A DNA stretch of 59,557 nucleotides from Gammaproteobacteria bacterium (GCA_041609715.1 JBFIQI010000003.1:1-59557), one strand, 5' to 3'. Shown: positions 11,731-24,674, numbered from the stretch's first letter. Notes: generated from the sequence alone by a model not told the origin. A program made the numbers and translations.

Positions 11731-12288
11731 ATGGCGGAAAGCATCACACTCGCACGCCCTTATGCCAGCGCGGCTTTCGAGCTTGCCACCGAGACCGGCC
11801 AGCTACAGCCCTGGTCCGAGGCGCTGGCGGCGGCAGCTGCCGCGGCCCGTGACGGCGAATTCCGCGGCTTGATCGGCAGTCCCCATGTGCGGGCCGGGCA
11901 ACTCGCGGATCTGCTGGGGGACGTGGTCAGCCGTGCGCTGGGTGGCCAGCTTGATACCGTCGAGCTGCAGGCCGGCAACCTGTTTCGGGTGATGGCAGAA
12001 AACGGGCGGTTGAATGTCCTGCCGGAAGTATCCCGGCTGTTCGATCAGCTCCGGGCGGAAAAAGAGAACGTGCTGGACGTGCACCTGGTATCTGCACGGC
12101 CGGTGAGCGAAGGTCTCAGGCACAAATTTACGATGGCCCTGGAAAAAAAGCTGGGCCGCAACGTACGCCTGCATTGTGACGTGGACGATCAGTTGATCGG
12201 CGGCGCAATTATCAAGGCGGACGATATGGTTATTGATGGGTCCTTGCGTGGGCGGCTGGAAAAGCTGGCCAGTGCAGTGGCGCAGTAA
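11731..12288 (+). CDS. atpH: F1 subunit delta
   Basis: TLARPYA, ENGRL, LIGGAII...VIDGSLRGRL. Confidence 0.96.
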   Translation: MAESITLARPYASAAFELATETGQLQPWSEALAAAAAAARDGEFRGLIGSPHVRAGQLADLLGDVVSRALGGQLDTVELQAGNLFRVMAENGRLNVLPEVSRLFDQLRAEKENVLDVHLVSARPVSEGLRHKFTMALEKKLGRNVRLHCDVDDQLIGGAIIKADDMVIDGSLRGRLEKLASAVAQ

Positions 12289-12300
12289 GAGGTTTAGTAA

Positions 12301-13842
12301 ATGTCGATCAAAGCATCTGAAATCAGCGACCTGATCAAGGAACGAATCAAAAATTTCCAGGCGCCGGCCGAAGCTCGCGACGTGGGTACGGTGCTGACCG
12401 TTACCGACGGCATCGTGCGTATCCACGGCCTGGGCGATGCCCGCTACGGTGAAATGCTCGAGTTCCCGGGAAACACCTTCGGCATGGCATTGAACCTGGA
12501 ACAGGACTCAGTGGGCGCCGTAGTGCTGGGCGATTACAAGCACATTTCCGAAGGCAACGAGGTCAAGACGACGGGGCGCATCCTGGAAGTGCCGGTGGGC
12601 GAAGCATTGCTGGGTCGCGTGGTTAATTCCCTCGGCCAGCCCATTGACGGCAAGGGGCCCATCGAAACCCAACACAGTTCTCCCATCGAAAAAGTTGCGC
12701 CAGGTGTTATCTCACGTCAGTCAGTGTCTCAGCCGGTGCAGACCGGACTGAAGGCGATCGACTCCATGGTGCCCATCGGCCGGGGACAGCGCGAACTTAT
12801 CATCGGTGACCGCCAGACCGGCAAGACAGCAGTGGCGGTGGATACCATCATCAACCAGAAAGGCACCGGCATTAAGTGTATCTATGTGGCGGTTGGCCAG
12901 AAGAACTCCTCGATTTCGGGAGTGGTGCGCAAACTCGAAGAGCATGGCGCCATGGAACACACCATCGTGGTTGCCGCTGCCGCAGCAGAATCTGCAGCAA
13001 TGCAGTACATCGCCCCTTACTCGGGTTGTTCCATGGGCGAATATTTCCGTGACAAGGGTGAAGATGCGCTCATTATTTATGACGATCTCACCAAGCAGGC
13101 CTGGGCATACCGGCAGGTATCGCTGCTGCTGCGTCGCCCCCCGGGGCGCGAGGCTTACCCTGGCGACGTTTTCTACCTGCATTCGCGCCTGCTGGAACGC
13201 GCCGCGCGAATCAATGCTGAATATGTGGAAAAAATCACCAATGGCAAGGTCAAGGGCCGCACCGGTTCGCTAACCGCGCTTCCCATCATCGAGACTCAGG
13301 CAGGCGACGTGTCGGCGTTCGTGCCCACCAACGTGATCTCCATTACCGACGGCCAGATCTTTCTGGAGTCAGACCTCTTCAATGCGGGCATCCGGCCTGC
13401 CATTAACGCGGGTCTGTCGGTATCCCGTGTGGGTGGTGCCGCTCAGACGAAAATCATCAAGAAGCTGGGTGGCGGTATCCGCCTGGCGCTTGCGCAATAT
13501 CGCGAGTTGGCGGCTTTCGCTCAGTTTGCGTCGGATCTTGACGAAGCCACCCGCAGGCAGCTGGAGCGCGGCCAGCGCGTCACGGAGCTCATGAAACAGC
13601 GCCAGTATTCACCCCTTTCGGTCGGCGAGATGGCCGTGTCACTGTATGCAGTGAACGAGGGCCACCTCGACAAGGTGGACGTGAAAAAAGTCGTCGACTT
13701 CGAGGCCGCTTTACATGCTTATGCACGCACCAATCACCAGGACCTGCTGGACAAGATCGATGCCAGCGGCGATTACGACGATGACATCAAGGCGGCCCTG
13801 GAAAAACTGGTAAGCGAATTCAAAACCAAGGGCGCTTACTGA
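12301..13842 (+). CDS. atpA: F1 subunit alpha
   Basis: [29 protein letters not shown]. Confidence 0.99.
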   Translation: MSIKASEISDLIKERIKNFQAPAEARDVGTVLTVTDGIVRIHGLGDARYGEMLEFPGNTFGMALNLEQDSVGAVVLGDYKHISEGNEVKTTGRILEVPVGEALLGRVVNSLGQPIDGKGPIETQHSSPIEKVAPGVISRQSVSQPVQTGLKAIDSMVPIGRGQRELIIGDRQTGKTAVAVDTIINQKGTGIKCIYVAVGQKNSSISGVVRKLEEHGAMEHTIVVAAAAAESAAMQYIAPYSGCSMGEYFRDKGEDALIIYDDLTKQAWAYRQVSLLLRRPPGREAYPGDVFYLHSRLLERAARINAEYVEKITNGKVKGRTGSLTALPIIETQAGDVSAFVPTNVISITDGQIFLESDLFNAGIRPAINAGLSVSRVGGAAQTKIIKKLGGGIRLALAQYRELAAFAQFASDLDEATRRQLERGQRVTELMKQRQYSPLSVGEMAVSLYAVNEGHLDKVDVKKVVDFEAALHAYARTNHQDLLDKIDASGDYDDDIKAALEKLVSEFKTKGAY

Positions 13843-13861
13843 TCTGGAGCAGGATTGACTG

Positions 13862-14722
13862 ATGGCAGGCGCAAAAGAAATTCGCACCAAGATCAAGAGT
13901 ATCAAGAATACTCAAAAGATCACCAAGGCCATGGAAATGGTCGCTGCATCGAAGATGCGCAAGGCGCAGGATCGCATGAGCGAGGCCCGCCCCTATGCGG
14001 ACAAAATTCGCACCGTAATCGGCCACCTTAACCAGGCAAATCCTGACTACAAGCATCCGTGGCTGGTTGAGCGCGAGGTCAAACGTGTCGGTTACATCAT
14101 CATTTCCACCGACCGGGGCTTGTGCGGCGGCCTTAATGTCAACATGTTCAAGCGTGTGCTGTCGTCCATGCAGGAATGGCGCGAACAGGACGTTGAACTG
14201 GAGATGTGCCTGATCGGCGCCAAGGGCGTGCGCTTTTTCCGGCGCTACGGCGGCAAAGTCGCTGCCACTGCCACGCACCTTGGTGACCGCCCGCACATCA
14301 GTGACCTGATCGGCACCATCAAGGTCATGCTGGACGCTTATAGTGAAGGCCGCATAGACCGCCTGTTTCTGGTGCACAACGAGTTCGTCAACACCATGAC
14401 GCAGAAACCCGTGGTGCGCACTATGCTGCCGGTAGAAACGGTAGATGTGGACGATCTTCAGACGCACTGGGACTACATCTACGAGCCGGGCGCTATCGAA
14501 CTGCTGGACGGTATCCTGATGCGTTACGTCGAATCGCAGGTGTTTCGAGGCGCCCTGGAAAACACGGCCTGTGAAATGGCGGCGCGCATGGTTGCCATGA
14601 AAAGCGCTACCGATAATGCAGGCGAACTCATCGATAACCTGCAGCTTGTCTACAACAAGGCCAGACAGGCGGCAATCACACAAGAGATTTCAGAAATTGT
14701 TGGCGGTGCCGCCGCGGTCTGA
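13862..14722 (+). CDS. atpG: F1 subunit gamma
   Basis: [36 protein letters not shown]. Confidence 0.99.
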   Translation: MAGAKEIRTKIKSIKNTQKITKAMEMVAASKMRKAQDRMSEARPYADKIRTVIGHLNQANPDYKHPWLVEREVKRVGYIIISTDRGLCGGLNVNMFKRVLSSMQEWREQDVELEMCLIGAKGVRFFRRYGGKVAATATHLGDRPHISDLIGTIKVMLDAYSEGRIDRLFLVHNEFVNTMTQKPVVRTMLPVETVDVDDLQTHWDYIYEPGAIELLDGILMRYVESQVFRGALENTACEMAARMVAMKSATDNAGELIDNLQLVYNKARQAAITQEISEIVGGAAAV

Positions 14723-16141
<1,419 letters not shown>

Positions 16142-16158
16142 GCAGTAGCGAGCAACTT

Positions 16159-16581
16159 ATGGCAATCATCCACGTCGATATCGTCAGCGCCGAGGGCGAA
16201 ATATTCTCCGGTGAGGCTGCCATGGTCTTCGCACCGGCGCTGTTGGGTGAGATCGGCATCGCGCCGCGCCATGCCCCGTTACTGACAATTCTGAAGCCCG
16301 GTGAAGTTCGCGTGGAAACCCCTGACGGCGAGGAGCTGTATTTCTTCGTTACTGGCGGTGCCATCGAGGTGCAGCCGCATATGGTGACGGTCCTGGCCGA
16401 CACAGCAATGCGAGCCCGGGACCTGGATGAGGCCGCGGCGCTGGAAGCCAAGCAACGCGCTGAGGAAAGCCTGCAGAACCGCGAAGGAGAGATTGATCTT
16501 GCGGCGGCCCAGGGTGAACTGGCGGCTGCCATGGCGCAGCTCAAGACCATTCAAAAACTTCGCAAGCAAGCGAAGCGCTGA
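16159..16581 (+). CDS. atpC: F1 subunit epsilon
   Basis: IHVDIVSAEGEIFSG, HAPLLT, VTVLADTA. Confidence 0.97.
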   Translation: MAIIHVDIVSAEGEIFSGEAAMVFAPALLGEIGIAPRHAPLLTILKPGEVRVETPDGEELYFFVTGGAIEVQPHMVTVLADTAMRARDLDEAAALEAKQRAEESLQNREGEIDLAAAQGELAAAMAQLKTIQKLRKQAKR

Positions 16582-16599
16582 GCCAGGCGCAACAGCCAT

Positions 16600-16630
16600 G
16601 CAAAAGGCGCAGGCAACTGCGCCTTTTTGC
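16600..16630 (+). terminator. Rho-independent terminator after atpC
   Basis: GCAAAAGGCGCAG-GCAA-CTGCGCCTTTTTGC. Confidence 0.8.
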
Positions 16631-16674
16631 TTGTTGGGCTATGATTCGCAGGCGAATACGGGAGGGCAGTTGTC

Positions 16675-18042
16675 ATGCCTTTGAGTACCATCATCCTGGC
16701 AGCTGGCCAGGGCAAGCGCATGCAGTCGGAGCTGCCCAAGGTTCTGCAGCCACTGGCGGGCAAACCACTGCTCAGCCACGTGCTGGAGACGGCCAGGAGA
16801 CTGGGCGCCGAGCATCGCTACATCGTCTACGGGCACGGCGGCGAGCTGGTCAAGGCGGCCTACGAGGGAGAAGCGCTGCACTGGGTCCATCAGGCGCAGC
16901 AGCTGGGCACCGGGCACGCAGCCGCCCAGGCAATCGGATCCATCCCGGATGATCACACGGTGCTGGTACTGTGCGGTGACGTTCCCCTGACCTCGGTTTT
17001 CACCCTGCAGCAACTGGTGGAAGCGGGCTCCGCAGGCCTGGCGGTATTGACGGTAATATTCGACGACCCGACAGGTTACGGTCGCATCCTGCGCAATCCA
17101 GGCGGTCAGATCGAAGCAATTGTCGAGGAGCGCGACGCGACACCGGAACAGCGACTGGTGCGGGAGGTGAATACCGGTTTGATTGCCAGCACTGCCGCCA
17201 ACCTCAAGCGCTGGCTCGGTCAGTTGGATAATAACAATGCCCAGGGCGAGTATTACCTGACAGATATCGTGGGACTCGCGGTGGCGGAAAACATGGCCGT
17301 GGAGGCCATCGAAGCAGTCAGCGCCGACGAGGTTCTGGGAATTAACGACAAGGTGCAGTTGGCCGAGGCCGAAAAAATCTACCGGCGTACCGTCACAGAA
17401 GAGCTGATGCGGGCTGGCGTCACCATCATCGATCCCGAGCGCATCGATATTCGCGGCGAGCTGCGCTGTGGGCGGGACGTGGTTATCGATGTGAACGTCG
17501 TTTTTGAAGGGAATGTCGAGCTGGGCGAGGGCGTCACGGTGGGGCCTAACTGCGTCATTCGTGACAGCAGTATCGGTGATGCTTCGCAGGTGCATGCCAA
17601 CTGTGTCATCGAAAATGCGGTCACCGGATCACGCTGCCAGGTAGGCCCGTTTGCGCGGTTGCGGCCAGAGACCAGGCTTGCTGATGAGGTCAAAGTAGGT
17701 AACTTTGTTGAAATCAAGAAGAGTGAGTTGGGTTTTGGCAGCAAAGTTAGTCACCTGACTTACATCGGCGACAGCGAAATTGGCCAGCGCGTCAACGTGG
17801 GCGCGGGCACAATCACCTGTAACTATGATGGCGCCAACAAGCATCGAACTGTAATAGGCGATGATGCCTTTATTGGCTCCGGGGTCCAGCTGGTAGCACC
17901 GGTCACCGTAGGTGCGGGCGCCACCATCGGGGCCGGCTCGGTGATCACCCACGATACCCCGGATGGCAAGCTGACCGTGGGACGAGCCCGGCAACGCAGC
18001 GTGGACGGCTGGCAACGGCCGGTCAAGCAGCCCAAAAAGTGA
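16675..18042 (+). CDS. glmU: Bifunctional UDP-GlcNAc pyrophosphorylase / glucosamine-1-P acetyltransferase
   Basis: [38 protein letters not shown]. Confidence 0.98.
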   Translation: MPLSTIILAAGQGKRMQSELPKVLQPLAGKPLLSHVLETARRLGAEHRYIVYGHGGELVKAAYEGEALHWVHQAQQLGTGHAAAQAIGSIPDDHTVLVLCGDVPLTSVFTLQQLVEAGSAGLAVLTVIFDDPTGYGRILRNPGGQIEAIVEERDATPEQRLVREVNTGLIASTAANLKRWLGQLDNNNAQGEYYLTDIVGLAVAENMAVEAIEAVSADEVLGINDKVQLAEAEKIYRRTVTEELMRAGVTIIDPERIDIRGELRCGRDVVIDVNVVFEGNVELGEGVTVGPNCVIRDSSIGDASQVHANCVIENAVTGSRCQVGPFARLRPETRLADEVKVGNFVEIKKSELGFGSKVSHLTYIGDSEIGQRVNVGAGTITCNYDGANKHRTVIGDDAFIGSGVQLVAPVTVGAGATIGAGSVITHDTPDGKLTVGRARQRSVDGWQRPVKQPKK

Positions 18043-18130
18043 GACGCAGTTAACTGCCAGCGAAACGGCATTTAACAATAATTGCGATTCTGTAACCCAA
18101 TTCCGAAGATCTGGCAGGGGACGCGAACAT

Positions 18131-19966
18131 ATGTGTGGAATCGTAGGGGCAATCGCCGAACGCAACGTGGTGCCGGTGCTCATGGAAGGGCTGCGCCGCC
18201 TCGAATACCGGGGCTACGATTCGGCCGGTGTCGCAGTGCTGGAAGCCGACGGCAGCCTGGCGCGTCGCCGCGCCCTGGGCAAGGTTAAAGAGTTGCAGGA
18301 TTCCCTGGATGCCGAGTCTTTGCTGGGTTTTCTGGGCATTGCCCATACGCGCTGGGCTACCCATGGTGTTCCCAGCGAACAAAACGCGCATCCGCATTTT
18401 TCCAATGACAGCATTGCGCTGGTGCACAACGGCATCATCGAGAATCACGAGGCCCTGCGCAAGGAACTGCTGCAATCGGGGTACACCTTCACCTCCGATA
18501 CCGATACCGAGGTGGTGGCGCACCGCATTCACAGCCACATGCAATCGGGGCAGGACCTGCTGGGCGCGGTGCGGGCCACGGTTGCAGAAATCGAAGGCGC
18601 CTACGCCCTGGTGGTCATGAGCAAGGAAGATCCGGAACACCTGGTGCTGGCCCGACAGGGTTGCCCGGTGGTCATCGGGCTGGGCATCGGTGAGAATTTC
18701 GTGGCCTCGGATGTCGCGGCCCTGCTGCCCGTCACCCGCCGCTTTATATTCCTGGAGGAAGGCGACGTGGCCACCGTAAGCCGCCGGGGCATCCAGGTTC
18801 TGAATATTGACGGACGGCCCGTGCAGCGTGCGATCAGCGAAAGCCAGCTGCAGGCCGATGCCGCGGAGCGCGGTGAATACCGCCACTTCATGCTCAAGGA
18901 AATTTACGAGCAACCGCGGGCGGTGGCAGCAACCCTCGCGGGACGCATTGCCAACGACAAAGTCCTGGATGGCGCCTTCGGACCGGGGGCTGACAAGGTT
19001 TTCGATAAGACGCGCTGCGTCCATATCGTGGCCTGCGGCACCAGCTACCATGCCGGCATGGTGGCGCGTTACTGGATCGAAAAGTACGCCAAGCTGCCAT
19101 GTACCGTGGAAATTGCCAGCGAGTATCGCTACCGGACGCTGGTGGTTCCTGAAGGCACCTTGTTTGTAACCATCTCCCAGTCTGGCGAGACCGCCGATAC
19201 GCTGGCGGCGCTGCGCGCGGCCAGGAACCTGGATTATTTGTCATCCCTGGGCATCTGTAACGCGCCGGAAAGCTCCCTGGTGCGGGAATCCGAGCTGGTG
19301 CTGATGACCCGCGCGGGACCGGAGATCGGGGTCGCCTCCACCAAGGCCTTCACTACGCAGCTGGCCGCCTTTGGGTTACTGGCGCTGGCGCTGGCCAACC
19401 GTAACGGCATCAAGCCGGAAAAAGCCGCACGCCTGACCCGGGATCTGCAGGCCTTGCCCGGACTGATCGAAGATACCCTGACCCTGGACGACCGGATTTC
19501 GCGCCTGGCCGAAGATTTTCCGGAAAAGCATCACGCCCTGTTTCTGGGTCGCGGCAGCCAGTTTCCCATTGCCATGGAAGGTGCGCTGAAGCTCAAGGAG
19601 ATCTCCTATATTCATGCCGAAGCTTACGCTGCCGGAGAGCTCAAACATGGTCCACTGGCGCTGGTGGATGCCGACATGCCGGTATTCGCTGTGGCGCCCA
19701 ACAACAAGTTACTGGAGAAACTCAAATCCAACCTGCAGGAAGTACGCGCGCGTGGCGGACGGCTGTATGTGTTCGCCGATCCGGGTTCGGCCCTGAAGGA
19801 GTCCGACGGCGTCACCGTCATCGATCTGCCGGCGCATTGTGAGGAGTTCCAGGCACCGGTGGTGTTCACCATTCCGTTGCAACTGCTGGCCTATCATGTT
19901 GCGGTGTTACGCGGCACCGACGTGGACCAGCCGCGCAACCTGGCCAAGTCCGTGACCGTTGAATGA
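18131..19966 (+). CDS. glmS: Glutamine-fructose-6-phosphate transaminase
   Basis: [35 protein letters not shown]. Confidence 0.99.
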   Translation: MCGIVGAIAERNVVPVLMEGLRRLEYRGYDSAGVAVLEADGSLARRRALGKVKELQDSLDAESLLGFLGIAHTRWATHGVPSEQNAHPHFSNDSIALVHNGIIENHEALRKELLQSGYTFTSDTDTEVVAHRIHSHMQSGQDLLGAVRATVAEIEGAYALVVMSKEDPEHLVLARQGCPVVIGLGIGENFVASDVAALLPVTRRFIFLEEGDVATVSRRGIQVLNIDGRPVQRAISESQLQADAAERGEYRHFMLKEIYEQPRAVAATLAGRIANDKVLDGAFGPGADKVFDKTRCVHIVACGTSYHAGMVARYWIEKYAKLPCTVEIASEYRYRTLVVPEGTLFVTISQSGETADTLAALRAARNLDYLSSLGICNAPESSLVRESELVLMTRAGPEIGVASTKAFTTQLAAFGLLALALANRNGIKPEKAARLTRDLQALPGLIEDTLTLDDRISRLAEDFPEKHHALFLGRGSQFPIAMEGALKLKEISYIHAEAYAAGELKHGPLALVDADMPVFAVAPNNKLLEKLKSNLQEVRARGGRLYVFADPGSALKESDGVTVIDLPAHCEEFQAPVVFTIPLQLLAYHVAVLRGTDVDQPRNLAKSVTVE

Positions 19967-20406
19967 AAACTGCTAAACAGCAACTAGGAGATTTTGGTGA
20001 AAACCTAATACAGAAAAAATTTAGCTGTCCTAAATGCAAAAGAGCAAAAACTTTAAAGAAACTTCCGCCAAACTTTAAGTGTGCAGATATTATTTGTGAT
20101 TTCTGTGGATATTTAGCACAAGTAAAAACCCATAACGTTAAAGATATATCCCAATTCCCAAAAAGAGTTCTCGGAGCAGCATGGGGACAGCAAAAAGAAA
20201 GGATGGATGCAGGAATATATTTCCCTTTATATGTCATTCTTAAATGTGAAAAACAATATTCTGTTTTTTACTTATCATCTGATCTTCAAACAGAAGAAAT
20301 GTTTATAAAAAGAAAACCATTATCAAAAACCGCTAGAAGAGCAGGATGGCAAGGATATTATTTTGATGGAGAAATAATGAAAGACCTTGTCACAAGATTA
20401 ATCTGA
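19963..20406 (+). CDS. Short DpnI/Dam-replacing-family endonuclease (catalytic domain only)
   Basis: CPKC and CDFC Zn ligands, AD-x-QVK nuclease-type motif, [19 protein letters not shown] DpnI signature; about 30% GC; ATGA overlap with glmS stop. Confidence 0.8.
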   Translation: MKTAKQQLGDFGENLIQKKFSCPKCKRAKTLKKLPPNFKCADIICDFCGYLAQVKTHNVKDISQFPKRVLGAAWGQQKERMDAGIYFPLYVILKCEKQYSVFYLSSDLQTEEMFIKRKPLSKTARRAGWQGYYFDGEIMKDLVTRLI

Positions 20407-20464
20407 TTAAAAGATGTCTCAAATTTAATCCGTTACGGTGGAATAAGCAGCGCTAACGGGCGCC

Positions 20465-20935
20465 TTATCCCGGTTGCCGGGCCCTCGCCACCTTGCGCCG
20501 CACATACAGGGTTTTGTGTACCCTGGCGACCAGATCACCGGCAGCATCCACCACCTGCAGATCGAACCGGGGCCGAAAAGGTTCACCGGCGGCCGTGTTG
20601 CCGCGAATTTCCTCGAGCACCTCGTGGCTCAGGCGTATCTGCGCATGCACGCGCCCTTTACCCGGCTTCCTGAAATCAATGCCTGCAGACTGGTCCCAGA
20701 CGACGTAGTCATCACCCAGGGCGCCCATGAGCAGTAACATCAGGTGTGGATCCACCATGGCATAGAGGCTGCCGCCAAAATGAGTGCCCACCGCGTTGCG
20801 GTTGTACCAGCGCAACTTCATGGACACGTCCAGCTCCAGCCAGTCTTGCGAGACCCGCTCTACCCATATCCCTGCGCCCAGGTAGGGTGGGTAAACATTC
20901 AGAAAGAACTTGAGTTTCGCCGGTGTCCACTTCAT
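20465..20935 (-). CDS. DUF4442-like hotdog-fold thioesterase
   Basis: YPPYLGAGI, YNRNAVGTHFGGSLYAMVDP, VWDQSAGIDF. Confidence 0.85.
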   Translation of the reverse strand: MKWTPAKLKFFLNVYPPYLGAGIWVERVSQDWLELDVSMKLRWYNRNAVGTHFGGSLYAMVDPHLMLLLMGALGDDYVVWDQSAGIDFRKPGKGRVHAQIRLSHEVLEEIRGNTAAGEPFRPRFDLQVVDAAGDLVARVHKTLYVRRKVARARQPG

Positions 20936-20987
20936 CGGGAACGGTTGTCCGGGTCAGAGAGAAATAGCAGCAGTGATGTGCCACTGC

Positions 20988-21191
20988 TCAGCCGTTACCA
21001 CCCCATTTTTCGCGAAACGCGTTCAGGGCATCGCTTTGCACACTGGCGTGTCGGTTCGACAGTTTCAGGGATGACGGATCGCAGACCCGCGCCCTGATGA
21101 GGCCCAGATCTTCAGCGGCGTCGAACAGGCTGGGATACCAGCTTTGCCAGTTGGGCAACAGCTCCTCCACGCGTCGCCTGAGACCCTTCAT
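20988..21191 (-). CDS. Small hypothetical protein (67 aa)
   Basis: MKGLRRRVEELLPNWQSWYPSLFDAAEDLGLIRARVC; followed by hairpin GCAGTG-GCACAT-CACTGC; internal ATG chosen as start. Confidence 0.65.
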   Translation of the reverse strand: MKGLRRRVEELLPNWQSWYPSLFDAAEDLGLIRARVCDPSSLKLSNRHASVQSDALNAFREKWGGNG

Positions 21192-21322
21192 GGCTGCGCC
21201 CGGAAATTTGATGATTTCTTGGACCTCATGGTACCTGTTTAGCACAGGCTGGGAATTTGTCCAATGTCCTGTTTCACGGACCGGTAAGGAGGTGTTGAAT
21301 GCGCTTGCCGCTGGCGGCTTTT

Positions 21323-22312
21323 TTATAGCTGGTTGAACAGTATGGCCAGCAGCATGATCTGCGGCACGGTGATGACAGGCAACCAGATAGCGGTCCGCCG
21401 GCCGATATTTGTCCACAGCAATCCGATTTCGGTGTAATCGGTGGCCACCCCGGCCATCAGGAAAACAAAAGGATTGCCGAGCGTCCCCACCTGGGCATAG
21501 ATCTCGAAAGCAATGGGTGAGCTACCCTCGCTGCAGATTTCCACAACAGTGGCGGCCAGCAGAGTCATGAACAGGCCGAAAACCCCGGGTCCGAACCAAT
21601 CCATGAACCATTCATGGGGCATGTAGGCTTTGATAAATGCCGCGATGACAAAGCCCAGGATAATCCACCAAAGTACCATGTTGGCCAGACTGAGGGCCCC
21701 TCGAAATACTCCTGACAGAGCCGTGCTCCAGTGGAAATTCTTCACTGCATTCCACTGGTAGTCTGCTCCGGCTGCCGGCTGCGGGGATTTTTCAATCAGT
21801 CCCGATTTGTCCAGTAACATGAACAGGAAGCCCGTGGTAACGGCCACCAGCATGGCACCGCCCACCAGCAGAAGCGCCTGCCAGCCGAAAAACCCGAATA
21901 GCAGGATGGTGACCGGGAAGTTGGCCCAGGGAGACGCCAGCAGAAAAGTAACGGTGGCCGGTACGCTGGCACCTTTCTTGTGTAGCTGCATGGCGATGGC
22001 CAGGATGCCATGGGAGCAGGCAGACATGAAAAAGCCGGTTACGACTGCCAGCAGGATACTGTTGGCCGACTGACCACCCAGCAGCCTGACGACCAAGCCG
22101 TCGGGCACAAAATGATCGATCAGCCCGCCGATCACCAGACCCAGCAAGATAGCCCACCAGATCATGCCCAGGTACTCGACCAGGGCCTGGTTCAGCGGTT
22201 GCAGCGCGGGCAAGAGGGATACAGTAAACAGCAGTCCCAGACCGATCAGCGCAAGCTTGAGTTTCGGCCCTATCGTCGGGTGATTGCTCTCATGACAATG
22301 TACTTCGGTCAT
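21323..22312 (-). CDS. Permease, DUF318/ArsP-like
   Basis: Duplicated motifs SACSHG...FLLASPWAN and EICSEGS...FLMAGVATD; multi-TM. Confidence 0.8.
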   Translation of the reverse strand: MTEVHCHESNHPTIGPKLKLALIGLGLLFTVSLLPALQPLNQALVEYLGMIWWAILLGLVIGGLIDHFVPDGLVVRLLGGQSANSILLAVVTGFFMSACSHGILAIAMQLHKKGASVPATVTFLLASPWANFPVTILLFGFFGWQALLLVGGAMLVAVTTGFLFMLLDKSGLIEKSPQPAAGADYQWNAVKNFHWSTALSGVFRGALSLANMVLWWIILGFVIAAFIKAYMPHEWFMDWFGPGVFGLFMTLLAATVVEICSEGSSPIAFEIYAQVGTLGNPFVFLMAGVATDYTEIGLLWTNIGRRTAIWLPVITVPQIMLLAILFNQL

Positions 22313-22373
22313 GGGGCGCAGCGTTCGGGAATCAGGGGCGGGGGCTGAATCATGCCGGGACGACTGTTACTGG

Positions 22374-22772
22374 TCAGCCGACCGCCAGCGCGGGCCAGAT
22401 TGCCCACAGGAGGTAGCCACCGAATAACAGGCCAAGTGAAACCCAAAGGCGCTGAATGGCCACCGGCAGGTGGGCCCACCATTCGATCAGTGGGGTGGCG
22501 CGCTCGCGCCCGGCCAGGAGCAAGCCGCCAGCTGCCAGCAGCGCGACGATAGCCAGTAGTTTGAAGACCAGTGGGTGTCGGGCGACGGGGGCGGCCAGCC
22601 ACAGGATTACCGCCAGCACCACGCGGGAGCCAACCGCGCTCATCATAAAATACCGGTCGGGCAGCGTGCGCAGCAACTGCGCCAGGCGCTGGGGCCACAT
22701 CATGCCCCAGGAGGTGAGCACGATGATCAGGCCTGCGAAGGCAACCACTAAAATAGCGACAAGGGGCGACAT
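22374..22772 (-). CDS. Hypothetical 4-TM membrane protein
   Basis: Four hydrophobic segments; co-oriented with the array. Confidence 0.7.
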   Translation of the reverse strand: MSPLVAILVVAFAGLIIVLTSWGMMWPQRLAQLLRTLPDRYFMMSAVGSRVVLAVILWLAAPVARHPLVFKLLAIVALLAAGGLLLAGRERATPLIEWWAHLPVAIQRLWVSLGLLFGGYLLWAIWPALAVG

Positions 22773-22800
22773 GGCTGTGCAGAGTTTAACCTGAGTCAGG

Positions 22801-23937
22801 TCAGCTGGCGCGCAGCCCCAGCATATTTTCGATCAGGCGCAGGAACAAACCGCTACCGGTGGCAATGAGTGGGTCGGGAAAATCATATTGGGGGTGGTGC
22901 AGTGCGGGAACATCTTCGCCGGCCCCCAGACCAAACATGGCCCCCGGGTAACGCGCCGTGAAGTGGCCAAAATCCTCGGACCAGCGAAAGGGCGCGGTAG
23001 CAACCTGCAGCTGCTCCGAGTCGGTAACAGCCAGGATTTCTTCATACGCTGCAGGGTCGTTGTGACAAGCCGGAAAAGCATCGGCGAAACTGATGCTGTA
23101 CTGCAATTCCTGTGCGGCACAGGTTGCGCTGACAATGTCCTCGGCCTGGGTGATCAGCTCCTGCAACAGCTCATCACGCTCCCCACGCAGGGTGAGCATA
23201 AGCTCGGCGCTGCCGGGGGCAATGCCGAAAGATCGCTGACCCAGCGTGGCATGCACGACGGTGACAAATGCAATGGGCGCAGTGCGGTCGGGCAACGGGC
23301 CCAGCGCATTGAGCGCCGTGATGATACGGGCCATTGCCATGGCCGGACTGCGTCCGGTTTCCGGTTGTGCGGCATGGGCCTCCAGGCCTTTGAGCAGGAC
23401 CCGCATGCCGCAGGATGCACAACTGAAGGTGCCGGCGCGGGCAATGACTTTGGCCATAGGGAATCCCGGCAGGTTGTGCAGGGCGAAGACCCGGTCGGGA
23501 GCCAGCGCCTGGAAACGCGGGTGGTGAACGATTGCCCGGGCACCAACGCCGGTTTCTTCCGCCGCCTGGAACAGCAAGATCACGCGGCCCGAGGGGGGTG
23601 GTGCCGCCGCCAGTCTCACACCGACTTCCGCGAGTATGGCCATATGTCCGTCGTGCCCACACTGGTGGGCCACGCCCGCGGTACGAGAGCGATGTGCAAA
23701 CTGGTTGGTTTCCACTATTGGCAAGGCATCGAGTTCCGCACGCAGCATAATTGACCGACCGGGCGTGGGCGACGAGAGGATCGCAGCGAAGCCGTAGTCA
23801 TCAAATTTTTCGAAAGTAAAACCGGCGTCAAGCTCACGAAAAAACCTGAGCAGCCTGGTGGTAGTGGCCGTCTCGTTGCCCGAAAGCTCCGGTTGGGCGT
23901 GCAGTGCCCGGCGTAACTGTTGCGTGGCTGAGCTCAT
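22801..23937 (-). CDS. M20-family amidohydrolase
   Basis: RRALHAQPELSGNE, LRAELDALP, HQCGHDGH, FQAAEE, SEDF, LHHPQYDFPD. Confidence 0.92.
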   Translation of the reverse strand: MSSATQQLRRALHAQPELSGNETATTTRLLRFFRELDAGFTFEKFDDYGFAAILSSPTPGRSIMLRAELDALPIVETNQFAHRSRTAGVAHQCGHDGHMAILAEVGVRLAAAPPPSGRVILLFQAAEETGVGARAIVHHPRFQALAPDRVFALHNLPGFPMAKVIARAGTFSCASCGMRVLLKGLEAHAAQPETGRSPAMAMARIITALNALGPLPDRTAPIAFVTVVHATLGQRSFGIAPGSAELMLTLRGERDELLQELITQAEDIVSATCAAQELQYSISFADAFPACHNDPAAYEEILAVTDSEQLQVATAPFRWSEDFGHFTARYPGAMFGLGAGEDVPALHHPQYDFPDPLIATGSGLFLRLIENMLGLRAS

Positions 23938-24023
23938 TCCTGGTTCGCTCCAAAATTTACCGGTGCCGGGCCTGCCTCACGCGCGTAGGCGAGCTCGCTG
24001 GATCAGCACCCCGTGCCCGGATA

Positions 24024-24647
24024 TCAGCTTGCCTGTCCATGTTTAATACAATGAAACCAGGCGAATCCCTGCTTGTCTCCCCAGGGCGTGACATGCAGAT
24101 CGTTGTGCTCGGCCAGCAGGTCAAATGCCGGGCCCAGGCAGGCCAGTAGCCGGTCAGCATCGTATTGCAGCACCTCGAGACCACTGCAGCGCTTTGGTCC
24201 GGACAGCGCGAAAGCCCCCAAAATCAGGTGTCCGTTGGCTGCCAGGCCCTGGCCCAGGGCCTCGAGATAGGCTTGTCGGTCGTCAGTATTCACCAGAAAA
24301 TGGAATGCGGCCCGGTCATGCCAGACGGCGTATTGCCGGCTCGGCGTCCAGGCGGTGACATCCTCGCAAAGCCAGTGCACCTTGCGCGAGCGTGTTCCCA
24401 TGCGGCGACGGGCTGCCTGCAGCGCCAGGCTTGATATATCGAGCGCCGTGATATCCGAATAACCCGCGTCCAGCAATTCTTCGGCGAGCACCGAGGCACC
24501 GGCGCCGATGTCGATAATCGGCTGCTCCCTGCCTGCTCCGGTTGCAGCAATCAGCTGCAGAGAAATATCGGCGTGTGGCTGATACCAGCTCGTTTCGGTT
24601 GGCTGTCGGGATGCGTAAACCCGATCCCAGTGTGATTGTTCACTCAC
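24024..24647 (-). CDS. Class I SAM-dependent methyltransferase
   Basis: IIDIGAGAS, WHDRAAFHFL, GPKRCSGL. Confidence 0.9.
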   Translation of the reverse strand: MSEQSHWDRVYASRQPTETSWYQPHADISLQLIAATGAGREQPIIDIGAGASVLAEELLDAGYSDITALDISSLALQAARRRMGTRSRKVHWLCEDVTAWTPSRQYAVWHDRAAFHFLVNTDDRQAYLEALGQGLAANGHLILGAFALSGPKRCSGLEVLQYDADRLLACLGPAFDLLAEHNDLHVTPWGDKQGFAWFHCIKHGQAS

Positions 24648-24674
24648 CGCCAGGTGTAAAGAGCCAGGCTCTAT

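Noticed and set aside
20430-20459. CCGTTA...TAACGG inverted repeat / GTTAGCG box as an attC of the DpnI gene
   Set aside because: Too short, no L boxes and no matching partner at the glmS end.
19967-20460. Tn7 element at attTn7
   Set aside because: No TGT-ended terminal repeats, target duplication or tns genes seen.
21270-21285. parS site (TGTTTCAC half)
   Set aside because: Only a half-site; the 43902 palindrome is also everted relative to parS.
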